Source: Spirochaetia bacterium
Lineage (GTDB): Bacteria; Spirochaetota; Spirochaetia; SP-2023
NCBI GenBank assembly: GCA_965263295.1
Contig: OZ253665.1
Location: 2,048,001 to 2,112,000, forward strand
DNA: 64,000 nt
Direction: 5' to 3'
Under the pieces are notes generated by a model, which had not been told where the DNA came from, did not search any database, and saw only the letters and a list, made by a program, of their open reading frames with translations. This document shows, piece by piece, positions 21,489 to 32,418 of the stretch (position 1 is the stretch's first letter; each line of letters begins with the position of its first letter). A program made the position numbers and the translations under genes.

Positions 21489-24383
21489 ATGAATGCCGAA
21501 CAATATACCCAGAATTGCCTTGAAACTATGCAGAATGCCGCAAACATGGCAGCGGAGCAGGGGCACGGCCGCGTAGGCGGTCTACACTTGCTGGTCAGCT
21601 TGCTCAGCGGTGACAGCCTCAGTCAGAACCTGCTTGAAACTTGTGGCTATTCTTCCTGGCCTGTAATCTTGACCCGTGCGCGCGAACAGCTAGGTCAGCT
21701 GTCACAACAGGCCCAGGAAGGAAACAAAATTGATGCCGACGTCCAGCTCAACGAGATATTGCAAAACGCGGCTCAGCAAGCCCGCAAGCTAGGGGATAGC
21801 TTTGTCGGCAATGAACATATCGTGCTGGCGCTGGCCGGCCTCGCGCCGAAGGCGCAAACGCAGCCGCAGAGACAACACGAAAATGTCGATTGCCTGACTC
21901 TGATTCGTGAAGCAGGATGGAATCATCAACAACTCAAACAAGCTTTGATACAGATCCGCCGGGGCCGAGACCCCGGCAATAATGCCACCGCCACCATGGG
22001 CAACATGGGCAACATGGGTAACATGGGTCGTGCCATGGATGATACCACAGGTGCCGAACGCGCAGGGCAACCGGACGAAAATCATATTCTGAAGCGTTTT
22101 TGCCAGGACTTTACCGCTTTGGCCGCCGAGCACAAACTGGATCCCGTAATCGGCCGCAACGACGAAATCCGGCGCTGCATGCAAGTCCTGCTGCGGCGAA
22201 CCAAAAACAACCCCGTGCTGATCGGCGAGCCGGGTGTGGGCAAAACCGCCATTATTGAAGGTCTGGCCCAGCGTGTTCTGAGCGGAGATGTGCCGGGTAC
22301 CCTGAAAAACAAACGGGTGCTGGCCCTGGACATGGGCAGCCTGGTCGCGGGAGCCAAATATCGTGGCGAATTTGAGGAACGCCTCAAGGCGGTCATTGGC
22401 GAGCTAAAGGCCGCAGAAGGCCGCGTCATTCTGTTTATCGACGAGCTGCATACCATTATGGGTGCGGGGGCTGCCGAAGGCAGCACCGACGCTTCGAATT
22501 TACTCAAACCCGCGTTGGCGCGCGGCGAGCTGCATTGCATCGGCGCCACTACTTTAAATGAGTATCGCCAGCACATCGAAAAGGACAGCGCACTGGAACG
22601 CCGCTTTCAGCCGATTGTGGTGCGCGAACCCGACAACAATTCGGCCCTGGCCATACTGCGCGGTCTGAAGGAACGCTACGAGCTGCACCACGGCGTACGC
22701 ATTCGCGACGATGCCTTAGTCAGTGCCGTCAAACTTTCCAGCCGCTACATCCCACAACGCTTCCTGCCGGATAAAGCCATTGACCTGGTTGACGAAGCCG
22801 CCAGCCGGGTGAAAAGTGAGCTGGAAAGTCAGCCGCTGATATTGGATCAACTCGATCGCCAGATCATGCAAAAAGAGATGGAAATTTACTCTCTCAAGAG
22901 CCAGAACAGCAAACTTAGCCCCAGCGAAGAGGAACAGCTGCGCACGCTGCAGCGTGAACTGCAGAGCTTGCGCGAACAAAGGGACGGCATTTACGCCCGT
23001 TGGCAAAAAGAACTCAAACGCATGGAAAAGCTGCGCGGAGCTAAAGAACGGGTGGAAACCTTGCGCCAGGAGCTGGAAGAATGCCAACGCCGGGGCGATC
23101 TTGAACGGGCCTCGCGCATCAAGTATGAAGACCTGCCTCAAGCCCGGCAGCAAAGGAAAGAGGCCGAAGCCCAGTTGCGCCAGCAGGCTCAAGGTAGAGA
23201 GACAGACAAGCGTGACGGCGAAGCTAAGCTATTGCGCGAAGAAGTCGGCGAAGCTAAGCTATTGCGCGAAGAAGTCGGCGAAGCTGAAGTGGCCGCAGTG
23301 CTATCCAGTTGGGTTGGCATTCCTGTGGAGCGCATGCTGCAATCCGAACGCCAGCGTTTCCTGCTTCTCGACCAGCGCCTGTGCCAAAGAGTCAAAGGCC
23401 AATATCAGGCTGTCGAAGCCGTCAGTCGGGCCATCCAGCGCAGCAAGAGTGGCCTGGCCGACCCGGCCCGGCCTCTAGGCTGTTTTCTGTTCCTCGGCCC
23501 CACCGGCGTCGGCAAGACAGAACTCGCAAAGGCCCTGGCCGAAGAATTGTTTGCCACACCACAAAGCGGCGCGGAAGCAGGGCCGACCATCTCCCCGGCT
23601 AACTACACGGGTGGAACAGAAGTGCGCCATAATCCGCTAATTCGTATTGACATGAGCGAATACAATGAGCGCCACAGCACTGCTCGGCTAATTGGTGCAC
23701 CTCCCGGCTACGTTGGTTATGAACAGGGCGGACAGCTCACCGAACGGGTGCGCCGTCAGCCTTACAGCATCATTCTCCTAGACGAAATGGAGAAGGCCCA
23801 CACCGAAGTTCTAAATATTTTCTTGCAGGTATTGGATGAAGGGCGCCTCACCGATGGGCAGGGTCGCACCGTAGACTTTCGCAATTGCGTAATCATATTC
23901 ACCTCCAACTTTGGCAGCCAGCAGCTACTTGCAGAGTCCGACTGGGAACGGGCTAAAATGCAGGTACAGCAAGCACTGTATCGCAGCCTAAAACCGGAAT
24001 TCTTGAACCGCCTCGATGAAATCATTTATTTCAATCCGCTCGGTTCGCAAGAGATTCGCCAAATCGTGCGCCTACAATTAGACCAAGTCCATCGCCTGGC
24101 TGCGGAGCAACATCTTCAGGTTGAAATTGGTACGCGCTTGGAAAGCCTACTTGTCAAAGAAGGATATTCCCCTGAATTTGGTGCCCGCCCACTCAAGCGC
24201 CTGATTCAGAACTACATTTACAACTCACTGGCTCAACACTTACTGGCAAACCATGTAAACGAAGGCAAGCTGTTGCGCCTGGAACTGGGGCAAGACGGAC
24301 AAATACAGATCCAATGCAGTCAACTGGAAAGCAGTAGCCCAGTTTCTCAGGAAGCTCAACTCAAGCTGCCTTTTCCAAAATGA
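21489..24383 (+). CDS. clpB: ATP-dependent disaggregase ClpB
   Basis: Two AAA+ modules ([16 protein letters not shown]), coiled-coil middle domain, RIDMSEY, GARPLKR. Confidence 0.95.
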   Translation: MNAEQYTQNCLETMQNAANMAAEQGHGRVGGLHLLVSLLSGDSLSQNLLETCGYSSWPVILTRAREQLGQLSQQAQEGNKIDADVQLNEILQNAAQQARKLGDSFVGNEHIVLALAGLAPKAQTQPQRQHENVDCLTLIREAGWNHQQLKQALIQIRRGRDPGNNATATMGNMGNMGNMGRAMDDTTGAERAGQPDENHILKRFCQDFTALAAEHKLDPVIGRNDEIRRCMQVLLRRTKNNPVLIGEPGVGKTAIIEGLAQRVLSGDVPGTLKNKRVLALDMGSLVAGAKYRGEFEERLKAVIGELKAAEGRVILFIDELHTIMGAGAAEGSTDASNLLKPALARGELHCIGATTLNEYRQHIEKDSALERRFQPIVVREPDNNSALAILRGLKERYELHHGVRIRDDALVSAVKLSSRYIPQRFLPDKAIDLVDEAASRVKSELESQPLILDQLDRQIMQKEMEIYSLKSQNSKLSPSEEEQLRTLQRELQSLREQRDGIYARWQKELKRMEKLRGAKERVETLRQELEECQRRGDLERASRIKYEDLPQARQQRKEAEAQLRQQAQGRETDKRDGEAKLLREEVGEAKLLREEVGEAEVAAVLSSWVGIPVERMLQSERQRFLLLDQRLCQRVKGQYQAVEAVSRAIQRSKSGLADPARPLGCFLFLGPTGVGKTELAKALAEELFATPQSGAEAGPTISPANYTGGTEVRHNPLIRIDMSEYNERHSTARLIGAPPGYVGYEQGGQLTERVRRQPYSIILLDEMEKAHTEVLNIFLQVLDEGRLTDGQGRTVDFRNCVIIFTSNFGSQQLLAESDWERAKMQVQQALYRSLKPEFLNRLDEIIYFNPLGSQEIRQIVRLQLDQVHRLAAEQHLQVEIGTRLESLLVKEGYSPEFGARPLKRLIQNYIYNSLAQHLLANHVNEGKLLRLELGQDGQIQIQCSQLESSSPVSQEAQLKLPFPK
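23216..23285 (+). repeat. In-frame 30-bp tandem duplication inside clpB ([10 protein letters not shown] x2)
   Basis: CGGCGAAGCTAAGCTATTGCGCGAAGAAGT occurs twice exactly, plus a partial third copy. Confidence 0.95.
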
Positions 24384-24438
24384 GATGACGCCCCTTATTT
24401 CTCAAATAATGTAATGGCTCGTTACGACCTATAAAAAC

Positions 24439-24512
24439 AAAAAACCTTGGCCCGGAGGCCAAGGCTAAGATTTGAATCATTTGGGAGGGGAACAATGAAT
24501 TTCAAATCTCGC
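24439..24512 (-). ncRNA. Candidate small RNA: one hairpin with a C-rich loop plus an intrinsic terminator
   Basis: Stem AGATTTGAA(AT)TCATT / AATGATTCAAATCT with loop GTTCCCCTCCCA; terminator CCTTGGCC-TCCG-GGCCAAGG + T6. Confidence 0.6.
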
Positions 24513-24517
24513 TCCTA

Positions 24518-24544
24518 TTATCGTCTCCCTCTTTGTAAAGTTAA
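24518..24544 (-). promoter_or_regulatory. Putative sigma-28 (FliA) promoter
   Basis: TTAA-N15-GACGATAA versus the consensus TAAA-N15-GCCGATAA. Confidence 0.55.
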
Positions 24545-25327
24545 TAGTTTTTTTAAAAAAATAAAAAATCTTAAAGAATTCTTCTGGCGTTCCAATATTT
24601 TTCTATAAACCATAATAAACCACTTAAATATAAATCAAGTAAAATGATATAACTTCAGTTAACGGGATACGGTCAGAAATCTTCTTGCCATGGCAGGAAA
24701 GTAGAGACTTTTCTGCTCATCTACAATAATTTTAGCTAATTTTTGTTTTATTTTAAGGATAAAATTAATCATATAATAGATATTTTATCCACATTCCAGA
24801 ATGTTCTTCTATCCATCTTGTCGATAGCCGCACTCCGTAAGTCCAGAGCGCAGTTTATCAAAGGAAAGCATCCCCCAATAGTTTTCCTCATAAAAGGGTC
24901 AAACTTTGATTGAGCAACTGACGCTATATTATTTTGTTACCAGCTCACGTTTGTCCATCATGAATCTGGTTTAAACCCAGACTGCAAAAGCCAGAATACC
25001 GGCAACGCAAATCAAACTATAAAAATTTTCTTGTTGAATAACATGTTGGCATTAAATACCAGAGAATCAGTCATCACATTTGAACTACAGGGTGGAAGAA
25101 TCCTGCAAGATACTGTTTAAAAATAATTTAGAAGCCAAGTATATTTAGGAGTTAAACCACATTTTACGGTCGCCAAGTGCTTGGCCAGCCACATTCCCGG
25201 CACATTTAAGTTGTAAGCGCATGGCTTGTCTGTTAATCTATATATCCAGAGGGTCGAAACAAGCCAAAAGCCATTATAAAAAGTATTTCGCTCATTTTCT
25301 AAAAGACTTAGAAGATGAATCAAAGAC

Positions 25328-25690
25328 ATGGAACCGCCCAATATGCCAACCTTTCTAATCAAAAACGACAAAATCAAAGCAGATGACAGCTCCATTATTG
25401 TGCAAAGCGACAACGCCTCCAATGGCAAACGGCTACGCATTCCAGAAGAGACGGAATGCATTAAAGTAGTATTCCATCAGCCCAATCTTATGTGCAACAT
25501 TGACTCCGTTTGCCGGTTGTTTATGGGGATAAACTCAGTTTACCAGCTATTTGAACGTGCAAGATCTCTGCATGATATTGATAAGATTGTCGCCATAAAC
25601 TTGCCGAGCCAAACGGGCAAGCAGCGCCCAGAAACCTTCCGCCACGACAAAAACCAACCGGAACGAGAGCCTGCCGCCTTAAGCCATTAA
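25328..25690 (+). CDS. Hypothetical protein
   Basis: 120-aa ORF co-oriented directly upstream of the 1070-aa gene; no recognised motif. Confidence 0.45.
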   Translation: MEPPNMPTFLIKNDKIKADDSSIIVQSDNASNGKRLRIPEETECIKVVFHQPNLMCNIDSVCRLFMGINSVYQLFERARSLHDIDKIVAINLPSQTGKQRPETFRHDKNQPEREPAALSH

Positions 25691-25722
25691 GCTACTCGCC
25701 ATCCCTTTTTAGCACACTCTCA

Positions 25723-28700
25723 ATGCCCCGCCCCGCAATCAAGCGCAAATGTTTTGCCCAATATTTTTACAGGCGAGTTATTCTCGTCAGTTTGACCTGT
25801 CTTCCCCTTGCCGTCCTGGCGAGTATGGCAAGCCACTCACTTCCGCACTTGAGCGCACAGGGACGCCAAGATCAAATGCGGAGCGATCAGGCTCAGCCTA
25901 AAATTGAGCTGCTACCAGCACGCCAGCCCAGTCCCCAAACCAGCAGGGACAAAATAGATCGGCAGGACACACTACATATCTTGGCCAGGCAGTGGCTGGC
26001 AAAAATACAACAATTGAGCAACAGTTATGCTAGCTTCCAAACTTGGGAGTCAAGCAGCTTGCGTGAAGCCTCCCCCCAGGAATTCGCCTTGTTTCAAGCC
26101 ATACATCAATTGGCAACTCATTATGGTTTTACCAGCCAGCTCTACAGTTTGAATCAGCTCCATACCATGCATTCCTTTTCCCACAACCTGGAAATCCTAA
26201 TCCCCGCAGGCCTACCTCGCCCCAATAGTAGCGGCTTGCCCGAAGAGTCCTGGCCTCAGGCATATCAAGGAAAACGGGAAGTCCTACTGCTAACCCCGAT
26301 ATCCGGGAATTCCGCCCAAGACATTGTCACTTTACTACTATTCATGCATATCAGCTCACAGCAGCCCCCCCCCCTAGCTATGCGTCTCGTTTTCCTCGGC
26401 TCTGAGTTCAAACCCCAATTCGTTCGGCAGAGCAACAGAAAGGAGCAAGGGAGCATCGGCTCTCGTACTTTTATCTATCGCTATCAAAAAACCCGGCCCT
26501 ATGGCTTACTCTACTTCCATCACCTGGAGCAAACGCTTCCAAACAAAGAAACCGCGATCCATACAGTACAAGAATCGGCAGCCTACTATGCCCGTAAACT
26601 AGACTCGGCAATGCAGCATCTCGGCTCTCCCGACTTCTGGAAACAGATGCGAGAAAGCCAAAATCAACAAAATCAAGCCCTCCGCGAATCCGCAAGTTTA
26701 AATCTGGCATTACCAAGCACACTGCAGATCATCTACAGCGGCAGCAAGAGTCAGTCACCGGCACGCGATGCCTTGCAACTAGCTAGAGCCCTACAATTGG
26801 CTCAAATCCCCTTCAATTTTAATAATGGCCTAAAGTTACTCCAAACCTTGCAGCCCGCAACAGACAGCGCTCTGCTTGACCCATACATCGAGCGGCAATG
26901 GCCAATTGCAGCAGTCAGCCAAAGTACCCGCGACAGGCTAACGAATGAAGAGACGGCATTACAATTAGTACACCTGGCGAGCAGCTTAAAGTTTTTCCTA
27001 GATATAAAACGGGAACAGGCCAGCGCAGAACAAGTCTTGCTCCCAGCTCAGCACGCCACCACCACTAATTCTGGCAACGCCTCGGGCCACAAGTTGCCCG
27101 CAGCAGCAGAATTTGGCGGACGTCATTATTGGCTCTGGAACTTGCCCCTTTATCTATCGAATTTTACAGGGAACGGCAGCTTTAATTTAGCATATTTCTC
27201 CGAACGCCAAATTCTGGTGTGGGTTTTGCTGGCCATCGGGATTTTTGCCTTCTCAAGCTTCCGAGCTCATTCCCAGCTACATCAGCTCCGAGCCATCCAC
27301 CAACTCCCAATTGGCCGGATATTACAAACTATAGCGACTATCTTCATATTGATTGCCGCTTATGTGTTGTTTGCCAACGAAGCCCTATTACTAGTACTAC
27401 AGCTCATTTCAATGACAGGATTTAGTAGCCTAAATGACTTAGATAAGCCCGGCAGCTTAAAGCTAGCTGCAGCTATTATTATCAAAATTCACTTCGCCTT
27501 ACTGTTTCTTTACAGCGCCGCACTTGGCCTAAACCTGGAAAAACGATTTGAAGTCAGGCTATTGCCTTACATCGGCCAGAGCCTCGCATTTATAAACCTA
27601 TTATTAATTATATCAAAAGATTTTAGCCTGGCTATTGCCGGTCTCTATTTGTTTTTTCTTCAGAGTCTTTATGCTTTCATACCCAGCCACAGCAGCCGTA
27701 GGCGGCCGCTGTGGCTCCTCCAAGACCTTTGGCACTACGGCATTATTTTCCTGCTCTTTCTACCTTACGTTCTGTTAATGCTAACTCTGCCCCTATCGCC
27801 AGAAAGCCTGTTACTCTTGCTGGGCAGCCGCAACGTTTATCTATATATTTTGACGCTACTTATTTTCATGCCCGGCCTCTTATGGCACTTTACCCAGATA
27901 CAATTCTGTCGCTGGCATTACCCGCGCAATTACCGCAATTTCTTACTGCGGCGCATGGGCTGGTATCTGGGCACGATTCTACTCGCCACTCTGTTCTTGC
28001 TTGTCGGCCCTGCAGATGAATCCGACACAAACTCCGCAAAAGGGTCTTCAATAGCATCAAAGGCCTCTAATCAACCTAGCCTACGGCTGAAAGAACATTT
28101 TATTCTGCCTGAATATCTTCACCACAGTCCCACTCCGGAGCAAGCCACAGGCAGTAAAATTATCACCCTTGAACGACTCAGCCCGTCGAGCCGCGAACTA
28201 TCTCAACTCAGTTTAAACTTCGCAAGCCCAATTAGTTCATTAGCCCTGCGGCAAAACCGGGGAGGACAGCAAATTGAGCTACAGGAGTCCGCCCTGTTTC
28301 GCACGAGAAACTCACCTCAGGCAGATCATGTATTCTCAGGGCAAAACTTGCAGAAGCGCCTATGGCAGCGCGACTTGCAGAGTTTTGAGTTAACGGCCCT
28401 CCAGCAATTGGGAGACCGTCTTTTCCGGCACGACGGCAACCGCATTCGCGAGAATAATTCCAGTATCCTAAAGCTGCAAAGCCAAATTACCCTCGACCAT
28501 ATCGCAGCCCAACTGCGCTCCCGTCAACTGAAACTGCTTTCTGCCAACGTCCCTTTTACGATTCCCCATAATATACCCAATATACCACCAGAGCGCACAG
28601 GTTCCGATACTGCAAAGCTGCAGGCCAGCCATTTAATGTTAGGCGCTTATCCGCCCGCCGACCTGAGTATAGAACTCCTGTTGCATCGCAAATCTGAACC

Positions 28701-28935
28701 GTTACAATTATACTACAGTATCACATTGCAAATCCCGGCCAACTTCAATTCTAAATTGGATTCCCGCTCGCAAACAGACAGCCAGGAAGACGAGCCTCTC
28801 AAACTGCTGCTGCCGCTGCTTAGCCACTTAAAGCAAAACACGGCCAAAGGCCAAGCTCCAGACAAACTAAAGCCCGGTGTCGATTACCAACATATTGTAG
28901 AAATACAAGGCCTCCAAATCAGTCTCGAATATTAA
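25723..28935 (+). CDS. Large multi-pass membrane protein with a possible degenerate M28-peptidase-like periplasmic domain
   Basis: 1070-aa ORF: signal-like N-terminus, RLVFLGSEF...GSIGSRTF segment, about 8 TM helices centrally, soluble C-terminus. Confidence 0.7.
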   Translation: MPRPAIKRKCFAQYFYRRVILVSLTCLPLAVLASMASHSLPHLSAQGRQDQMRSDQAQPKIELLPARQPSPQTSRDKIDRQDTLHILARQWLAKIQQLSNSYASFQTWESSSLREASPQEFALFQAIHQLATHYGFTSQLYSLNQLHTMHSFSHNLEILIPAGLPRPNSSGLPEESWPQAYQGKREVLLLTPISGNSAQDIVTLLLFMHISSQQPPPLAMRLVFLGSEFKPQFVRQSNRKEQGSIGSRTFIYRYQKTRPYGLLYFHHLEQTLPNKETAIHTVQESAAYYARKLDSAMQHLGSPDFWKQMRESQNQQNQALRESASLNLALPSTLQIIYSGSKSQSPARDALQLARALQLAQIPFNFNNGLKLLQTLQPATDSALLDPYIERQWPIAAVSQSTRDRLTNEETALQLVHLASSLKFFLDIKREQASAEQVLLPAQHATTTNSGNASGHKLPAAAEFGGRHYWLWNLPLYLSNFTGNGSFNLAYFSERQILVWVLLAIGIFAFSSFRAHSQLHQLRAIHQLPIGRILQTIATIFILIAAYVLFANEALLLVLQLISMTGFSSLNDLDKPGSLKLAAAIIIKIHFALLFLYSAALGLNLEKRFEVRLLPYIGQSLAFINLLLIISKDFSLAIAGLYLFFLQSLYAFIPSHSSRRRPLWLLQDLWHYGIIFLLFLPYVLLMLTLPLSPESLLLLLGSRNVYLYILTLLIFMPGLLWHFTQIQFCRWHYPRNYRNFLLRRMGWYLGTILLATLFLLVGPADESDTNSAKGSSIASKASNQPSLRLKEHFILPEYLHHSPTPEQATGSKIITLERLSPSSRELSQLSLNFASPISSLALRQNRGGQQIELQESALFRTRNSPQADHVFSGQNLQKRLWQRDLQSFELTALQQLGDRLFRHDGNRIRENNSSILKLQSQITLDHIAAQLRSRQLKLLSANVPFTIPHNIPNIPPERTGSDTAKLQASHLMLGAYPPADLSIELLLHRKSEPLQLYYSITLQIPANFNSKLDSRSQTDSQEDEPLKLLLPLLSHLKQNTAKGQAPDKLKPGVDYQHIVEIQGLQISLEY

Positions 28936-29098
28936 TTGCCGGCAAGCGGCCTCTCTAGAAGCTGCCAGCAACGCTTTATGCTTTGACATCACTTGGCTAA
29001 TTCAGATGGCTAATTCAGAATACGTCTTGCCAATCTTCTAAATATGCACAATACTCTGGAGAGCTAAGCATAAAAGCAGTATAAAGGGATCAAGAACC

Positions 29099-31444
29099 AT
29101 GCGAGAAAAACAATACCTGGACTTTGGCTGGCACTATTGCCCAGAATTTCAAGAACAGTTCATCGCCGCAGCCGCTCGCGGTCAATACAGCGGCTCATGG
29201 CAAGTCGTGCAGCTTCCCCACACAAATATTGAGTTGCCCAATTCCTATTTTGACGACCGTGCTTTTTCCTTTACTTCCGCCTATCGCCACAGCCTCCGCT
29301 TGCCGCCTCGTCGACACGAACAGCAAATTGCCTTACTGCGCTTTGAAGGCGTCATGAACTTCGCGGAGATTTTTTTGAACGCTCAGCCAATCGGCCACCA
29401 CAGAGGCGGCTACACTCCGTTTGAAATTGTCCTGCCGGCAGACATTGCCCGCTGGGGTGCAGACAACGAGCTACTGGTAAAAGTAGACTCCAGTGAGCGC
29501 AGTGACACTCCGCCCTTCGGTTTTGTAATCGATTATTTGACTTACGGTGGTATTTATCGCGAGGTCAGTCTCCAAATCTGCGAAGCTTTGCGCTTCACGG
29601 GCGTAAAGCTCACCCCGCAAATCTTTGCACCGCAAGATATTTGTGACGCACAGAGCCGGGTGCGCGGCAAGCTCAGCCTGGAGATAGAAATAGCCAACCC
29701 ATTTAAGCTTCAAGGAGAACGCGAACTGGAACTGAGGCTGCACGAACTCGGAGTTCAACAACGTTACTCTGTGAATCTGTGCGGACGCGACTGCGAAACA
29801 TTTTTCCTGGAGGGCCCAGAGTTAAATGACTTGCAGCTCTGGGATATCGGGCAAGGCCATCTATACGAGGTGGGATTGCAATTGCATGAAAGTGATAGCT
29901 ACACTGCCCATATCGGCTTCCGCGACTGCCGTTTTACACCAGAAGGCTTCTGGATCAACGGCCGCTATGAGAAGCTGATTGGCCTCAACCGCCACCAGAG
30001 CTACCCCTACGCCGGCTATGCCATGCCTGCCAATGCGCAGAAGAAAGATGCCGACCTGTTTCGAGAGTATGGCTGCAACATCCTGCGCACCTCGCATTAC
30101 CCGCAGCAACGAGATTTCATTGAATACTGTGACCGGATCGGGCTCTTGGTGTTTACCGAGATCCCCGGCTGGCAGCACATTGGCGATTCCGAGGCCTGGC
30201 AGCAACAGGTACTCGCAGACGTGCGCGACATGATTCAACGCGACTACAACAGCCCCAGCATTGTTCTGTGGGGAGTGCGCATCAACGAGAGCCGCGATCA
30301 CCATGAACTTTACAGCAGGACCAACGAACTGGCGCATCGCCTTGATCCCACACGTCAAACTGCCGGAGTACGCTGCCACCCCAACAGTGAATTACTTGAA
30401 GACGTTTATACCATGAATAATTTTGCGCTGAATGGCCGTTTTGACGAAGGGGGCGGCAAAGGCTTGGTGGCCCTAAATGGCCAGCACGAAATCACGGGCT
30501 TAGACTACCCCGTGGCCTACTTAGTCAGTGAATCCAACGGGCATATGTTCCCGACCAAGGCCTGGGACCCGGAAGAACGGCGCACGGAGCACGCGGTGCG
30601 GCACTTGCGCGTGATAGATGCCGCCCAGGGCACAAAGCAGCACTGCGGCAGCATCAGTTGGTGCGCCTTTGACTACAACACTCACCACGACTTTGGCGCT
30701 GGAGACAAGATCTGTCACCACGGTGTCTTTGACATCTACCGTCAGCCAAAGTTTGCCGCCTGGGCCTATCGCAGCCAAAAAGCACCCAGCGCAGAAGTGG
30801 TTCTGCAGCCCCTGAGCTGCTGGGCGCGCGGCGAGCGCGACGAATGCTTGATGGGGCCGCTCTGGGTCCTGCACAACTGCGACTACATCACACTTTACAT
30901 CAACGACAAGCCACAAGGTGGAGAACACAGCAAGGTATTCCCCGCGCGGAGCCTTTTCAAAGGACTCGCTCACCCGCCCAGTGTAATCTGGCAATTGGAC
31001 AGCGTCTGGGGCGAAGCTTTTAGAGGCGCGGAAATAAAAGGCTACATTGACGGCCGCGAAGTAGCCTCGCGCCGCTTGGCGGGCAACCCTTGGGCCGCGA
31101 GCCTGTATATTGAGCCCGACCAAGCCCAGCTCAATGCGCAGCGACCGGAAGCCACGCGCATCCAGCTCCAGGTTCGCGACCAGCTCGGCAACACATTGCC
31201 ATTTTTCATGGGCAGCGTACAGCTGCAAGTCTTTGGGGCTCAAGTCAAAATCTATGCCGATGAAGTCACAGCCATCGACACGGGCCAACAAGTCTTTTCC
31301 ACCCTCCGCGGAGGTTCTTCCGCCATCTGGTTGCTCAGTTGTGGCGAAGCAGGCACGGTCAACATTGCGGCCCGGGTCTTGGGCTACCCGCAGTTGACGT
31401 TCCAAACTCAAGTCACCATCAAATTACCCAGCAAATCACCATGA
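29099..31444 (+). CDS. Glycoside hydrolase family 2 (beta-galactosidase-like)
   Basis: GLNRHQSYP, RTSHYPQ, WGVRINES (acid/base Glu), YLVSESNGH, GVFDIYRQPK. Confidence 0.93.
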   Translation: MREKQYLDFGWHYCPEFQEQFIAAAARGQYSGSWQVVQLPHTNIELPNSYFDDRAFSFTSAYRHSLRLPPRRHEQQIALLRFEGVMNFAEIFLNAQPIGHHRGGYTPFEIVLPADIARWGADNELLVKVDSSERSDTPPFGFVIDYLTYGGIYREVSLQICEALRFTGVKLTPQIFAPQDICDAQSRVRGKLSLEIEIANPFKLQGERELELRLHELGVQQRYSVNLCGRDCETFFLEGPELNDLQLWDIGQGHLYEVGLQLHESDSYTAHIGFRDCRFTPEGFWINGRYEKLIGLNRHQSYPYAGYAMPANAQKKDADLFREYGCNILRTSHYPQQRDFIEYCDRIGLLVFTEIPGWQHIGDSEAWQQQVLADVRDMIQRDYNSPSIVLWGVRINESRDHHELYSRTNELAHRLDPTRQTAGVRCHPNSELLEDVYTMNNFALNGRFDEGGGKGLVALNGQHEITGLDYPVAYLVSESNGHMFPTKAWDPEERRTEHAVRHLRVIDAAQGTKQHCGSISWCAFDYNTHHDFGAGDKICHHGVFDIYRQPKFAAWAYRSQKAPSAEVVLQPLSCWARGERDECLMGPLWVLHNCDYITLYINDKPQGGEHSKVFPARSLFKGLAHPPSVIWQLDSVWGEAFRGAEIKGYIDGREVASRRLAGNPWAASLYIEPDQAQLNAQRPEATRIQLQVRDQLGNTLPFFMGSVQLQVFGAQVKIYADEVTAIDTGQQVFSTLRGGSSAIWLLSCGEAGTVNIAARVLGYPQLTFQTQVTIKLPSKSP

Positions 31445-31611
31445 GCAGAGTCGTCCGTATTCGGCATGACTACACTTGAGATCGCCCAATAAGCGGCCTT
31501 GTCGTTCCACCGGCGCGCATTGGCGACAAGCAGGCGTTTAATTAAGCAAAATACCAAGCAAATTCAAGCAAATCCGAACAAATAAAGACAAATAAAAGGT
31601 AAGGAAATTTT

Positions 31612-32367
31612 ATGGATATTATAATCACCAAAAACTTTTATGAGTCGAGTGCCCGCGCAGCACAGAAATTCATCCAGCTAATGCAGCGCAAGCCCGATGC
31701 CCAATTGGGCCTGGCTACCGGTGGCAGCGCCGAAGGCATTTATGCCGAACTAGTTGCCGCCTATAAAGCGCAAAAAATAGATTTTTCACAGGCCTCCAGC
31801 ATCAATCTGGACGAGTATGTGGGCCTGGACGGCAATCACAAGCAAAGCTATCGCCACTACATGGATCAACACTTTTTCAACCATATCAATATTAAAAAAG
31901 AACGCGCTTACGTGCCCGACGGCAAGGCCGAGCCGGCAAGCGAACTGCAGCTGTTTCGGAACAAACTCCATTCGAGGCCAGTAGATCTGCAACTGCTTGG
32001 CGTGGGAATCAGCGGGCACATTGGCTTTAATGAGCCGAACGCGCAGCTCGTCGCCGATGCCCACATTGAAAACCTGCTCGAAAGTACTATTACGGCGAAT
32101 GCACGCTACTTTGCCTCTCCCTGTGAAGTGCCACGCCAGGCATTTACGCAGGGTGTCGGCAACATTCTGCAGGCCCGCGAAATTGTCTTGATTGCCTGCG
32201 GCGAAGCCAAAGCGGCAGCCATGCGCGAGCTCTTGACGCATAATATCGTGACGACGCAGTGGCCGGTCACCTTGTTGAAGCTCCACCCGGCCGTCACCGT
32301 AGTCATCGACGAAGCTTTGGCCCTGGCCGCCGGCTATCGGCAAACATCATATTCTGCCGGCGTCTAG
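31612..32367 (+). CDS. nagB: Glucosamine-6-phosphate deaminase
   Basis: GLATGGS, NLDEYVGL, GHIGFNEP. Confidence 0.93.
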   Translation: MDIIITKNFYESSARAAQKFIQLMQRKPDAQLGLATGGSAEGIYAELVAAYKAQKIDFSQASSINLDEYVGLDGNHKQSYRHYMDQHFFNHINIKKERAYVPDGKAEPASELQLFRNKLHSRPVDLQLLGVGISGHIGFNEPNAQLVADAHIENLLESTITANARYFASPCEVPRQAFTQGVGNILQAREIVLIACGEAKAAAMRELLTHNIVTTQWPVTLLKLHPAVTVVIDEALALAAGYRQTSYSAGV

Positions 32368-32418
32368 CAATAAAAGGCCGCGAATGAGAATCAAGTATCG
32401 GGCTTTAACCAGTTGCAA

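Noticed and set aside
24610..25327. Possible decayed gene in the AT-rich gap (e.g. MDKRELVTK, vaguely HU-like)
   Set aside because: Frames are short and stop-riddled, and the similarity is too weak to support a call.
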